Positions 25,250 through 34,596 are shown, numbered from the stretch's first letter. The stretch: DNA of 64,000 nt from an uncultured Erysipelotrichaceae bacterium (GCA_902798595.1 CADBXE010000007.1:1800-65799), one strand, 5' to 3'. A program made the numbers and translations. Notes: generated by a model from the letters alone, not told the origin.

Positions 25250-26304
25250 TATTTCACCCCTCCAACGACATAATATTTCGCTTCGTTACTACTTCCAAAT
25301 ATGGGCTTACCCGCGATAAAGCGTAAAGAAAAAGAAACATTAATCTTACTTTTTGAAAAGTCAACAAAATCAACATAAAAGAGCTTATCGTCAAGCTTAT
25401 TCTTACTATTAATTGGAAAATATAAGTTATTTGTTTTGACGTACCCATTTTTTGAATACTCTGATAAATCTAGCGTTGATTTATCGACATACAAAGTATT
25501 TTTCAAAGCCAAGGTAAAATTTGAATCAAAACCAGGAACAGTTTTTAAAGGAAGAGTAACGTTTCCATGGGAATCGTGATTCAAGTTAGGAAACAGGTTA
25601 TTTTGATCATCAAATCTGAGATTGATAACGCTATAAGTTATAGGGAAATAGGAAGAGTAATAGAAATAGTTTTCTTTTAAGTCCAGTCGATAGTAATAAT
25701 CGTTTTCGATATAGTCACCAAAATAGCAAAAATCAAATGCTTCAGTGACCTCATTCATTCTTTCTCCGTCTCCATAAAAGCCAAAGCTTTTTGTTACATA
25801 ATAATTATTCTTTAAATCAGAGGCAGTCCATCCAGGCTGGATAAGCGGATAAAACTTCGCGCTATAGGACTTTAAAACCTTTCTTGATGGCGATGCTAGA
25901 ATGTCGAATTTGAGGATAAGTCCATCGTTAGTTAAATATCTTTTGATCGGTATAGTAAATGTCGTTTCAATTAAGGCGTGATTTTGATAGTCAAAAGGAG
26001 CGTGATTGGTGGTCGAGTATGGGTCTCCCGACATGCTGCATAATTGCATTCTTTCGATAATCCTTTGATTCTCAATATCAGCGCGATATGTGAACTTAGC
26101 GTCGAAATCAGGATCTCCGATGTTGAAAGGTCCGTATACATCAGAAGCAAAATAATCAGTCCTCACTTTTGAGTTTGAATTTGGATATGGGGATGATAAG
26201 GACATGTGCGAGGGCTGATTATCAGGAGCGATATCATTGTCTTTCTTTGAATTAGCGCAGGATGTGAGAAAGACGATAATAAGAAAGGGGATAAGTTTAC
26301 GCAT
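25249..26304 (-). CDS. Lipoprotein of the filament operon (351 aa), Tyr/Asn/Asp/Phe-rich, no recognisable domain
   Basis: I prefer the start MRKLIPFLIIVFLTSCANS (lipobox LTSC). It overlaps the upstream stop by 8 nt (ATGCGTAA). Confidence 0.6.
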   Translation of the reverse strand: MRKLIPFLIIVFLTSCANSKKDNDIAPDNQPSHMSLSSPYPNSNSKVRTDYFASDVYGPFNIGDPDFDAKFTYRADIENQRIIERMQLCSMSGDPYSTTNHAPFDYQNHALIETTFTIPIKRYLTNDGLILKFDILASPSRKVLKSYSAKFYPLIQPGWTASDLKNNYYVTKSFGFYGDGERMNEVTEAFDFCYFGDYIENDYYYRLDLKENYFYYSSYFPITYSVINLRFDDQNNLFPNLNHDSHGNVTLPLKTVPGFDSNFTLALKNTLYVDKSTLDLSEYSKNGYVKTNNLYFPINSKNKLDDKLFYVDFVDFSKSKINVSFSLRFIAGKPIFGSSNEAKYYVVGGVK

Positions 26305-26620
26305 GACGGAAAGCCTCCAAAAACTTAAACATGGCTTGCTTTTTAAAACGATAAAAGTTTGCCTTGGAATAGAGGCCGGTCCACCAATCACGATAGTTTT
26401 GGTAAAAGAATTCGTTGTTAATCAAATTCTTTTCTCTTGGGTCTAACATAGCGTATGCGCGCTCGACTTTATAAAGATATACATCATAAGGCGCATCAAT
26501 CTCAGCGATTAACTCACCACGCATCTTTAGTAAAGTCATCTGTTTGGCTTCAAAGTACTTTTCAGAGACTTTTTCTACTAAATCACAAAGCTCTTTGAAG
26601 GTCTTTTCCGTTAGACTCAT
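26297..26620 (-). CDS. Small sigma-70 region-4-like/HTH protein (107 aa), first gene of the filament operon
   Basis: The segment LDPREKNLINNEFFYQ...WWTGLYSKANFYRFKKQAMFKFLEAF resembles region 4 of ECF/ArpU/YlxM-like proteins. It has a strong SD (TAGGAGGCTG). Confidence 0.4.
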   Translation of the reverse strand: MSLTEKTFKELCDLVEKVSEKYFEAKQMTLLKMRGELIAEIDAPYDVYLYKVERAYAMLDPREKNLINNEFFYQNYRDWWTGLYSKANFYRFKKQAMFKFLEAFRHA

Positions 26621-26775
26621 ATAACAGCCTCCTATTAACTAGTACGGCGACAAATTCATTTTTTTCCTAAAAAATTACATATTTTTTTGAAGAATTTTCT
26701 TTTAATTCATAGAATTAACTTTTTTTCATTTTTTTCATAAATAAAATGCGTTACAATTGTACGTAATTAAAAACT

Positions 26776-27318
26776 ATGATTGTTCTAAGTGGCGCAAGTG
26801 CATCGGGAAAAACAGAAGCGGCAAAAATGCTGATGGCGAAGTATGGCATTAGAAAGGCCATAACTACCACCACTCGTTCAATGCGCGTTAATGAACAAAA
26901 CGGCAGAGATTATTTTTTCGTTTCAAAAGAAAAATTCAACCAATTAATCGCTGAAGATAAATTCGTTGAATATACACTCTATAACGGCAATTATTACGGC
27001 TCTACTAAAGACCAAATTGCTAATGATCGTGTCGTGGTTATTGATTTAGAAGGTTTGAAGTCATATTCTCGTCTCAATGATAAGAGAATCGTGACTTTTT
27101 ATTTATCGACCTGTGAAGAGATTCGCTATAAAAGGATGCTTGAAAGAGGCGATAAAGAAGAAGATGCGAGAAGAAGATTAGAAAACGACCGCAAAGTGTT
27201 CGCGGATAATCAAATTCCTAATGTCAATTTCTCAATTGATTCAGAAAGCAAGTCCATCGAAGAAGTTGCTGACGAAATCTATAAACTTTACATGGATTAT
27301 CTAAAAGCTAATTTTTAA
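26776..27318 (+). CDS. gmk: Guanylate kinase
   Basis: P-loop SGASASGKT followed by TTTTRSMRVNEQNGRDYFFVSKEKF...NYYGSTKD. Confidence 0.85.
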   Translation: MIVLSGASASGKTEAAKMLMAKYGIRKAITTTTRSMRVNEQNGRDYFFVSKEKFNQLIAEDKFVEYTLYNGNYYGSTKDQIANDRVVVIDLEGLKSYSRLNDKRIVTFYLSTCEEIRYKRMLERGDKEEDARRRLENDRKVFADNQIPNVNFSIDSESKSIEEVADEIYKLYMDYLKANF

Positions 27319-28555
27319 CGTATTTATACATATAAGCAGGATTAAGATAGACGTCTACTAAATAGCCGTCTTCTTTTTCTTTGTGGCTTATAACATAGTT
27401 TTCTTTGCTAAAAGTGGCAAAATCCACACTGTAAGGGAGAGTCAATTCTCTTCTTTCCCAATTCTTAGTGGCGTTATTAACAATAAACTTTAAAGCATCT
27501 AAGACATCGTTATCATCTAAAAGAGAGACTAATAGTTCATCTTCTTTTGGAATGAAATTAGCGAAGCCTCCTAATAAATCATATTTATTATAAATATTAA
27601 TCATTGGAATATTATCCGCTTCGAGGTCTTTGATGATTCCTTTAGTGGTTTTGATTTCTTCATCTTTAAACGGATCAGATAAATCAACGACTTGAACTAA
27701 TAAGTCTGCTTCTTTAATCTCTTCTAAAGTAGAACGGAATGCATCAACGAGATAAACAGGTAAATGAGAAATGAAACCAACAGTGTCAGTAAGGAAGAAT
27801 GTTGGATAACCAAATACAGAAATATTTCTTGTCGAAGTTTCTAAAGTGGCAAATAGCGCATTCTTTTCTAAGACTGTTTTCTCGTCTTTAGAAAGTTTTA
27901 CTAGGCGATTCATTAGGGTGGATTTGCCAGCGTTTGTATATCCTACAATACAAATTTTAGGACTTGGGTTATTAATTCTTTTTGTGCGCATGTTTCGACG
28001 CGATAGTTTAATCGCTTCAAGTTCTTTCTTCTTTTGAAAAATAGCCCGTGCAATTTGTCTTTTTGATAGTTCAATTTGCTTTTCACCTTTGCCTTTATTG
28101 TGGCCACTTCCTGACGTGACCTGTGAATAAGAAGCCTTTTCATCAACAAGGTGATTTTTAAGGTATTCTAAACGGGCAATTTCCACTTGAATTTTAGCTT
28201 CTTTTGTTTTTGCATTCTTCTCGAAAATATTAAGGATGACAAATGTCCTGTCAATTATTTCCGCTTTTGTAATTGCAGAAATGGCTTTCTTTTGCAAACC
28301 TGTTAATTCAAAATTACAGGCAATGATATCAATTGGGGATTCTGGATTCTCTTCATTGTATTGATGATAGAAATAGCCAATCTCATGGATCTTACCAGAG
28401 CCTAAATACGTGTTCTTATCAATGCTTTCAATATCTTGAGAAAAATAAGAGACGACTTCATAGCCAATCTCTTTTAAAAGCATGCTAAATTCGCTTTGCT
28501 CATGATTGAGCTCAAGAGAATTTGTCTTGCCACGAGAAATGACCAAAGCCTTCAT
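27308..28555 (-). CDS. hflX: GTPase HflX
   Basis: HflX N-terminal domain followed by G1 GYTNAGKSTL, G3 DTVGF and G4 NKYD. Confidence 0.9.
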   Translation of the reverse strand: MKALVISRGKTNSLELNHEQSEFSMLLKEIGYEVVSYFSQDIESIDKNTYLGSGKIHEIGYFYHQYNEENPESPIDIIACNFELTGLQKKAISAITKAEIIDRTFVILNIFEKNAKTKEAKIQVEIARLEYLKNHLVDEKASYSQVTSGSGHNKGKGEKQIELSKRQIARAIFQKKKELEAIKLSRRNMRTKRINNPSPKICIVGYTNAGKSTLMNRLVKLSKDEKTVLEKNALFATLETSTRNISVFGYPTFFLTDTVGFISHLPVYLVDAFRSTLEEIKEADLLVQVVDLSDPFKDEEIKTTKGIIKDLEADNIPMINIYNKYDLLGGFANFIPKEDELLVSLLDDNDVLDALKFIVNNATKNWERRELTLPYSVDFATFSKENYVISHKEKEDGYLVDVYLNPAYMYKYVKN

Positions 28556-28564
28556 ATAGTTACA

Positions 28565-29833
28565 CTACTCTTCTTTTTCATATTCAAGGTCAGTGACTTT
28601 GAGCTTTTCAACAGTGAATTCATCCGCTTCAAGAACTTTAAAATGATAATGAGCAAAGTCAAACTCATCACCCTTTTTAGCGAATCTATCTAGAATGTCT
28701 TGGCAGAAGCCACCCACAGTTGTGTAATCAGTTTCCACTTCTTCTTCGTAGCCAATTAATTCAAAAAAGTCGTCGATATTCATCGTGCCATCCACTACCC
28801 AGGTGCCATTACCTTTATCAACATATTCTTCTTCGATTTCATCGAATTCATCAAAGATATCGCCAACAATTTCTTCTAAGATGTCTTCCATAGTGATAAT
28901 GCCTTCAGTGCCACCGTATTCATCTTTCACGATTGCAACATGTACTTTCTTTTCTTTAAATTCACTTAAAACATCAAGAATTTGATGATTTCTAGGAACG
29001 ATTAAAGGTTTGTAGCATAAAGACATAATGTCGATATTCTTTTCGCCGGCAAGAATCTTCTTGGCTAACGCTTTGATTGGTAAGATACCAACAATATCAT
29101 CGATTGTTTCATCATAGACAGGCACACGTGAGTGTTTAAAGAATTCCTTATCCTTGATAAGTTCGTTGATGTCTTCATCTTTGCTAATTGCGTAAACATC
29201 GACACGTGGAGTCATAATTTCAAAAGCTTCGATATCATTTAAATCGATCGCGCTTCTTAATAATTCCGCTTCGTTTTCTTCTAAGATTCCTTCTTCCTCT
29301 AATGAGTCCGCCATTTCCGTTAAGACATCTTCATCAATTTGGTCTTCCTCTTTACTCTTTTTAGCAAATAATTTACCAAAAAGTTTGAAGAGTTTGGCGA
29401 TTGGCCAAACGATAATAAAGAATAAGTATTTAAAAAATGTCGCTGGATAAGCAAAGTAAATCGCTAGGGAATAATTAAATCTCTTGGCGAATGCTTTAGG
29501 AATGAATTCGCAGAAAATAATAATAAAGACAGTAAAGATTATCGTAGATAAAGTTGTGCCTAAATCTTCATTGCCGTTTGATAAAGCAATGCCAATTAAG
29601 GTCACAATAGAAGCCGCGAGAACATTGACAATGTTATTGCCTAAAAGAATAGCGGAAATAGATAACTCATAGTCATCAGCAATCTTGATAGCGAGCTTTG
29701 CTCTTTTTTCTCTTTTGCCTTTTTCTCTATTGAGACGATCCTTATCCACCATGCCATACACCATGTCGGCAGCAGAAAAGAACATTGAGAACAACGAACA
29801 GACAATGACGATAACCCAATAGTACCACTGCAT
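28565..29833 (-). CDS. CNNM/TlyC-family protein (DUF21 + CBS pair + CorC_HlyC)
   Basis: Four-TM DUF21, two CBS motifs and a C-terminal transporter-associated domain. Confidence 0.85.
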   Translation of the reverse strand: MQWYYWVIVIVCSLFSMFFSAADMVYGMVDKDRLNREKGKREKRAKLAIKIADDYELSISAILLGNNIVNVLAASIVTLIGIALSNGNEDLGTTLSTIIFTVFIIIFCEFIPKAFAKRFNYSLAIYFAYPATFFKYLFFIIVWPIAKLFKLFGKLFAKKSKEEDQIDEDVLTEMADSLEEEGILEENEAELLRSAIDLNDIEAFEIMTPRVDVYAISKDEDINELIKDKEFFKHSRVPVYDETIDDIVGILPIKALAKKILAGEKNIDIMSLCYKPLIVPRNHQILDVLSEFKEKKVHVAIVKDEYGGTEGIITMEDILEEIVGDIFDEFDEIEEEYVDKGNGTWVVDGTMNIDDFFELIGYEEEVETDYTTVGGFCQDILDRFAKKGDEFDFAHYHFKVLEADEFTVEKLKVTDLEYEKEE

Positions 29834-29834
29834 A

Positions 29835-30845
29835 TTATCTGTTTCCTTTCACGCTGCTAGGCTCTCTAATGTCATCAACAAGTTCTTCTAAAACATCATC
29901 CATGGTGACCATGCCGACAACTTGTTGCTTTTTATCCCTGACGATAGCGATATGCGTATGATGCTTTTTAAAGCCATTAAACAAATCATCAATCATGATG
30001 TTTGATGAAACGAAATATGGCTTTTGAAGCTTGCTTCTAATAGAAATATTAGGATTTCTTAAATAGGCGCTTAAATAGGCTTTGATATGTAAAACACCAA
30101 TGATATTATCAATATTTCCATCGTAGATTGGGATTCTTGAGTAGTTTGTATTGATAATAATCTTGTGTAATTTTTCTTTATCTAACTCTCTAATATTAAG
30201 GGCAAAGATCTTATTCTTTGGTGTTAAAACTTCCTTAACGTTAGTGTCTGCGAATTCCAAAGCGGATTGAATGATATCACTTTGTTCTTCTTCTAAGATG
30301 CCTTCATCAGAAACCTTTTCCACAACATTTTCAAAGTCTTCTTCATCAAATGTTGTTTCTTCTTTAACTTTGAAAGCTTTTTCAATACCCTTGGCCATTA
30401 ATTCAAATAATAAGGTCACAGGATATAGAAGCATCATCAAACCAAACGTTGGATAAACAAGTATCTTAGACAGTGTATCTGGAATGCTTCTAGCAATGGT
30501 TTTTGGAAGAGCATCACCCAGAATATAAATTAACAAGGCAATTGTGATGGACGCCAACAATGAAATCAATTCACTTGTCATAGAAGTGAAGAGGTTATAG
30601 AAAAGAACAGTACAAATAGCACTGGCCACGATAGAGACAATGTTGCTTCCTATTAGAACCGTAATTAGAGCGCGATCATATTTTTCAACAACGCGTAACA
30701 CTAATTTGGCAGATTTTTTACCTTCATCCGCTTCGACTTGCATCTTGAAGCGGTTTGCACATGCGAGTGCAGTTTCACCAGCGGAAAAGAAAAAGTGTGC
30801 TAATACACAAATTCCAATGATTACCCACGACAGAGGTACATCCAT
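29835..30845 (-). CDS. CNNM-family protein (DUF21 + CBS pair, no CorC domain)
   Basis: Paralog of the neighbouring gene that ends after the CBS pair. Confidence 0.8.
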   Translation of the reverse strand: MDVPLSWVIIGICVLAHFFFSAGETALACANRFKMQVEADEGKKSAKLVLRVVEKYDRALITVLIGSNIVSIVASAICTVLFYNLFTSMTSELISLLASITIALLIYILGDALPKTIARSIPDTLSKILVYPTFGLMMLLYPVTLLFELMAKGIEKAFKVKEETTFDEEDFENVVEKVSDEGILEEEQSDIIQSALEFADTNVKEVLTPKNKIFALNIRELDKEKLHKIIINTNYSRIPIYDGNIDNIIGVLHIKAYLSAYLRNPNISIRSKLQKPYFVSSNIMIDDLFNGFKKHHTHIAIVRDKKQQVVGMVTMDDVLEELVDDIREPSSVKGNR

Positions 30846-30921
30846 TAATGAACCACATCCTTCCTTTGCTGGTCGCAGATATAAAATTTATCATACTTTT
30901 AAGCGTTTGTAAAAAGATTAA

Positions 30922-30952
30922 ATAAAAAGGTATGCTTAGCATACCTTAATAT
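30922..30952. terminator. Strong hairpin (aaggtatgc-tta-gcatacctt), bidirectional terminator
   Basis: Perfect 9-bp stem flanked by A-runs and T-runs. Confidence 0.7.
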
Positions 30953-30968
30953 TTAGATTAACTGACTA

Positions 30969-32474
30969 TTAGTCCTCTTCGGTGTCATCTTGTTGATCTT
31001 TCAATTTCTCGACCCAATCAATGTCGCCAATCGGTCCTTGTTCTAAGCCACCTTTTTCCATGACTGTTTGAATGAGTTCTTTACATCTTCTCATGGATAA
31101 ACCCGATTTCACTTTGAACACTAATGGGATTTCTTCATAGATACCTTTATGCCCAGCGTTTTGGACCGGAATCGTGGAATCTTTATAGTCATCTGGATTT
31201 AAAGCAAAATAGAGTTTTAAACTTAAACCAGCAATAGTAATTTTCACATATGTCTTACGATGTAAGCGGAAGGCATCACCAGAATTAGAAACGCGAGAAT
31301 TAACACCATAAGAGAGTATCTCGTTCTTTAATTCGTTATAGTTCTTCTTCATTTCATCATCAGCGTTAAGCATTCTTGTTTGGAATGGAATGCGGATGAT
31401 TTTATTCTTTTCTTCTGGCTCTTCTTCTTTAGGAGCAGGTTTTTCTTTCTTTTTACCAGTGACGATTTTATATTCAGGAGCTTTTGGTTGTTCAGGAATA
31501 ATTTTGTCATGGATTTGGATTTCTTCGTCCTTAGCAACTTCAGCGACAGGCTCTTTCTTTTCTTCTTTTACTGGCTTTAGTTCTTCCTTTTTGACTTCTT
31601 TGATTTCTTGTTGAAGTGGCATAGAACCAAAGTATTGGACCACTAATGGGCCTGGATTTGGATTATTAGGCGCATTACGATTGATTTCATCTCTCACAAT
31701 ATTTCTAATAAGATCCGCTAATTCATTTTTGTCTAAGTCTTTTTCTTCAGACTTCTTTTCTTCTTGATGAGGAACTTCATCGAAGAATGGTTTATCTTCT
31801 GGAGGAACTTCTGTTTCGATTTCTTCAAACATTACAGGTTCACAAGGATCATTAGCGTCTTCTTCCTCATAAACTGGTAATTCTTGTTTTGTTTCCTCTT
31901 TAACTTCTTCCTCTTCTTTTTCTTCAACTTTAGGATTTCTAATGGCTTCAAAAATACAAGCTAAGTAGGAAATATAAGAGCATACCGCAAATAGGGCGCC
32001 AGAAATAATAAGAGAAATCACTAAGATAAGGAGAAGACTTTGATCTTTAAATGGCGCACGGTTATTGATTATCAGCCAGTATTTTGGCAAACCCGTTGCC
32101 CCAAACATATAAATAGCAGCAGTTAACACCACTAAAACAATACCAAATATAACGATTTTTCTTTTCATTTTAACGGCCATGATAATGCCGACAACAAGAA
32201 AGATAAGCGCTAAGGCGATGAGGCCATATAATAAAGCGCTTAAACCAAGATAAACAATATTGGAAGCGTTATGGAACTTAAAGGTAAATAATCCCTTTAA
32301 ACCATCAACGTGATATTTCATTGCATCGCCAAAGTTCTTTAATTCAGCATCGTTTGCGTTGCCAACAGAAGCGGCATAAAGCATAAAGAACGCGATGAAT
32401 AGAACAAATAATATAAACGAAATAACCAAAAGGACTTTTAAACCCTTCGAGGTTTCTTTCTTTGTCTTAAACAT
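30969..32474 (-). CDS. Membrane protein with Lys/Glu/Pro-rich linker and conserved-looking C-terminal globular domain
   Basis: N-terminal TM bundle, a KE-rich low-complexity region of about 200 aa, then a structured C-terminus. Function is unknown. Confidence 0.5.
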   Translation of the reverse strand: MFKTKKETSKGLKVLLVISFILFVLFIAFFMLYAASVGNANDAELKNFGDAMKYHVDGLKGLFTFKFHNASNIVYLGLSALLYGLIALALIFLVVGIIMAVKMKRKIVIFGIVLVVLTAAIYMFGATGLPKYWLIINNRAPFKDQSLLLILVISLIISGALFAVCSYISYLACIFEAIRNPKVEEKEEEEVKEETKQELPVYEEEDANDPCEPVMFEEIETEVPPEDKPFFDEVPHQEEKKSEEKDLDKNELADLIRNIVRDEINRNAPNNPNPGPLVVQYFGSMPLQQEIKEVKKEELKPVKEEKKEPVAEVAKDEEIQIHDKIIPEQPKAPEYKIVTGKKKEKPAPKEEEPEEKNKIIRIPFQTRMLNADDEMKKNYNELKNEILSYGVNSRVSNSGDAFRLHRKTYVKITIAGLSLKLYFALNPDDYKDSTIPVQNAGHKGIYEEIPLVFKVKSGLSMRRCKELIQTVMEKGGLEQGPIGDIDWVEKLKDQQDDTEED

Positions 32475-32587
32475 AGGCTTTCTCCTTACCTGTATTTCTT
32501 GCTAATAATATAGCGCGCACCTGCATATAAAAGCAACTTTTTAAGGCAAAAAGACTGCAAATCAGGGATTATTTTATAGTTTTTACT

Positions 32588-33274
32588 CTATTTAACGTAG
32601 AATAAAGCGTTCTTATCAAAAGCGCCAAAGGCAAAGCCAAAATTTAAAAAGAGTGGTAAGTTTTTATAGGCTTTAAATGTGGTTCTTGAGAGGAATTCTT
32701 CACAGTTAATGTTTTCAATATAGCCATATGGATTATAGATGGTGATTTGATCGTTTCCCAAATCCATCATAGTCACAACTGAAAAATGCAACGTCCATTC
32801 TTCTTGGTATTTAGCCGCCCATTCAATAGCGACTGGGTTATTTTTGGCTAATGAGTTATGTATTTCTTTCAAATAATTATCGTTAGCAAGATATGTTTTC
32901 TTCGCAAACTTTTTATCGCTGATTGATTCATTAATTTCCTTTAAAAAGCCACTTGTGCTTGATGTAGATACTGAACCATTATTCTTTTCATCTAAATCAT
33001 CTTCTGTGACAACGTTGCCATAATATTCAGAAATCATTTCAATAGAGGCATAACCACATGAAACATGTTGTGTCACTAATTTTAAACCTGTGACTTCCAC
33101 TTTTTGTGAGTAAGTAACGTCATCTTTTAAATATTCATAATTAGCATTCATGTGATTCGTCTTAATGCCCAAAATACCAAAAGGCACGACAATAGCGAGA
33201 GCTACGACAAAGAAAAAGCCCGCGATGACGGATGCAATAATTCTTCTATTTCTTCTAGACTTTGACATTCTCAT
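32588..33274 (-). CDS. Membrane-anchored papain-like (peptidase C39-like) protein
   Basis: A signal-anchor, then QHVSCGYASIEMISEYYG (candidate catalytic Cys), with a His later in WTLHFSVV. Confidence 0.5.
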   Translation of the reverse strand: MRMSKSRRNRRIIASVIAGFFFVVALAIVVPFGILGIKTNHMNANYEYLKDDVTYSQKVEVTGLKLVTQHVSCGYASIEMISEYYGNVVTEDDLDEKNNGSVSTSSTSGFLKEINESISDKKFAKKTYLANDNYLKEIHNSLAKNNPVAIEWAAKYQEEWTLHFSVVTMMDLGNDQITIYNPYGYIENINCEEFLSRTTFKAYKNLPLFLNFGFAFGAFDKNALFYVK

Positions 33275-33327
33275 AATTAAAAGGTTCTGTGATATTCTAT
33301 CACATACCTTGTCATTTACCTATAGTT

Positions 33328-33606
33328 TTAAAGAACATCTTTATATTCTTCGTTATCAAGCATCATTTTTTGAGCGTATGAGCAAATAGGAACGATTTTA
33401 ATCATTCTTTTTCTTGCTTGCTCTATGACTTCTTTCACAAGCATTTTAGCAATACCACGACCACCGAATTCCGATATCACAACAGTGTGAGTGATATACC
33501 ATTTGCCTTCCTTAATTTGGTAATCACATCTACCGATGACTTTATCTTCATGGAACGCTAAAGATTGATTGCCTTTTTCATTAAAAACAATTCTGATTTC
33601 TTCCAT
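33328..33606 (-). CDS. Small GNAT-like acetyltransferase (YjdJ type, 92 aa)
   Basis: The segment GGRGIAKMLVKEVIEQARK and the overall size are typical of the single-domain GNAT_acetyltran family. Confidence 0.65.
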   Translation of the reverse strand: MEEIRIVFNEKGNQSLAFHEDKVIGRCDYQIKEGKWYITHTVVISEFGGRGIAKMLVKEVIEQARKRMIKIVPICSYAQKMMLDNEEYKDVL

Positions 33607-33631
33607 AATTCCATTTTATGGCATTAAATAG

Positions 33632-34501
33632 TTATTTTAAAGTTTCGAGTTCTTGATAGAAACCGTTAGGATCGTTTAAATCTATAATAGCGAGTAATTT
33701 TACTTTGTCGTTCATTAAATAATCATTCATTTCTAACCATTCAACGGTTTTAATAACACTATCAATGTCTTGCTTGTCTAGTGTGATGTATCTTTTATTC
33801 TCATCGTTAGAAGCTGTCAGCTTCAATAATGTGTATTTATTTGAGGAACTTAAAAGATACAATTCTTCATAACCAAAGTAATTAGATAGGAAAAACACTA
33901 AATCTTCCTTATTAACAGAGATTGGTGAAAACTTGAATTTCTTTTCTTTGCCGCTTGTTTGATTTTGGTAAGAAGAAATAGTTTTCTTGGACACGTCTCT
34001 TTTCTTTTCATCATAAAAGTTATTGATAACATGTGTCCCTTCGATGATGGAAACTTCAATGGAAGCTTTATCATTTATCTCTTTTTCTTTCCTTAGTAAA
34101 GAAGATGGATTTTTTAAAGGGTATTCAAATAAACTTATCTTTTTAGCGTTATATTCACCTTTGATTCTTAAACCCCTAATGAAGTAATCTCCACCTTGAC
34201 GGGTTTTGCTAACTTTAGCCACTGGGTTTTGAATTACAATAGTTTTAGATGGACTATTGTTAAGTTTATTGTTCAATCGGATAGTAAGTATCGTACGGAT
34301 TAATACTGGGACTGCTAAAACGCAAAGGATCAATATCTTGAGCCACAATTGTCCTGGCGCAAAAATCGCCACAAAAATGGAAACAAAGAAAGCGATTCCA
34401 CACAAAAGTGCTAATAAATCATAGGTAAAATACCAAGTTAAAATTAGGTCTTTTTGTCTCTTGTTTCTGTTTTCACAAATCATTCTATTTTTCATACTCA
34501 A
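33632..34501 (-). CDS. Membrane protein, unknown function
   Basis: 289-aa ORF with two N-terminal TM helices and no recognised motif. Confidence 0.4.
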   Translation of the reverse strand: MSMKNRMICENRNKRQKDLILTWYFTYDLLALLCGIAFFVSIFVAIFAPGQLWLKILILCVLAVPVLIRTILTIRLNNKLNNSPSKTIVIQNPVAKVSKTRQGGDYFIRGLRIKGEYNAKKISLFEYPLKNPSSLLRKEKEINDKASIEVSIIEGTHVINNFYDEKKRDVSKKTISSYQNQTSGKEKKFKFSPISVNKEDLVFFLSNYFGYEELYLLSSSNKYTLLKLTASNDENKRYITLDKQDIDSVIKTVEWLEMNDYLMNDKVKLLAIIDLNDPNGFYQELETLK

Positions 34502-34520
34502 ATTATAACATATTAATATA

Positions 34521-34552
34521 GAAAAAGCTGCTTTATTAGCAGCTTTTCTTTT
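34521..34552. terminator. Hairpin terminator (aaagctgct-ttatt-agcagcttt)
   Basis: Perfect 9-bp stem flanked by A-runs and T-runs. It lies downstream of tRNA-Glu(CUC). Confidence 0.7.
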
Positions 34553-34596
34553 GATTATTTCACACCTTTTATCAATCGGGGTGATTATTAGTTAAT

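Noticed and set aside
21895-26620. Interpretation of the filament locus as a ComG competence pilus or as a conjugative type IV secretion system.
   Set aside because: ComG systems have one full-length ComGB and pilins with KGFTLxE leaders, neither of which is seen here. Conjugative systems would have VirB4, VirD4 or relaxase-type genes, and none is present. Two half-size platform proteins plus a ~50-aa pilin fit the Tad/archaeal-like class better.
26621-26775. A c-di-GMP (GEMM) riboswitch upstream of the filament operon.
   Set aside because: The divergent intergenic region is almost pure A/T with no conserved GC-paired helices. It appears to contain only promoters.
31349-31614. Three overlapping ORFs on both strands inside the 30969-32474 gene.
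   Set aside because: They arise from a GAA/AAG-rich low-complexity tract encoding the Lys/Glu-rich linker, which leaves all frames open by composition.
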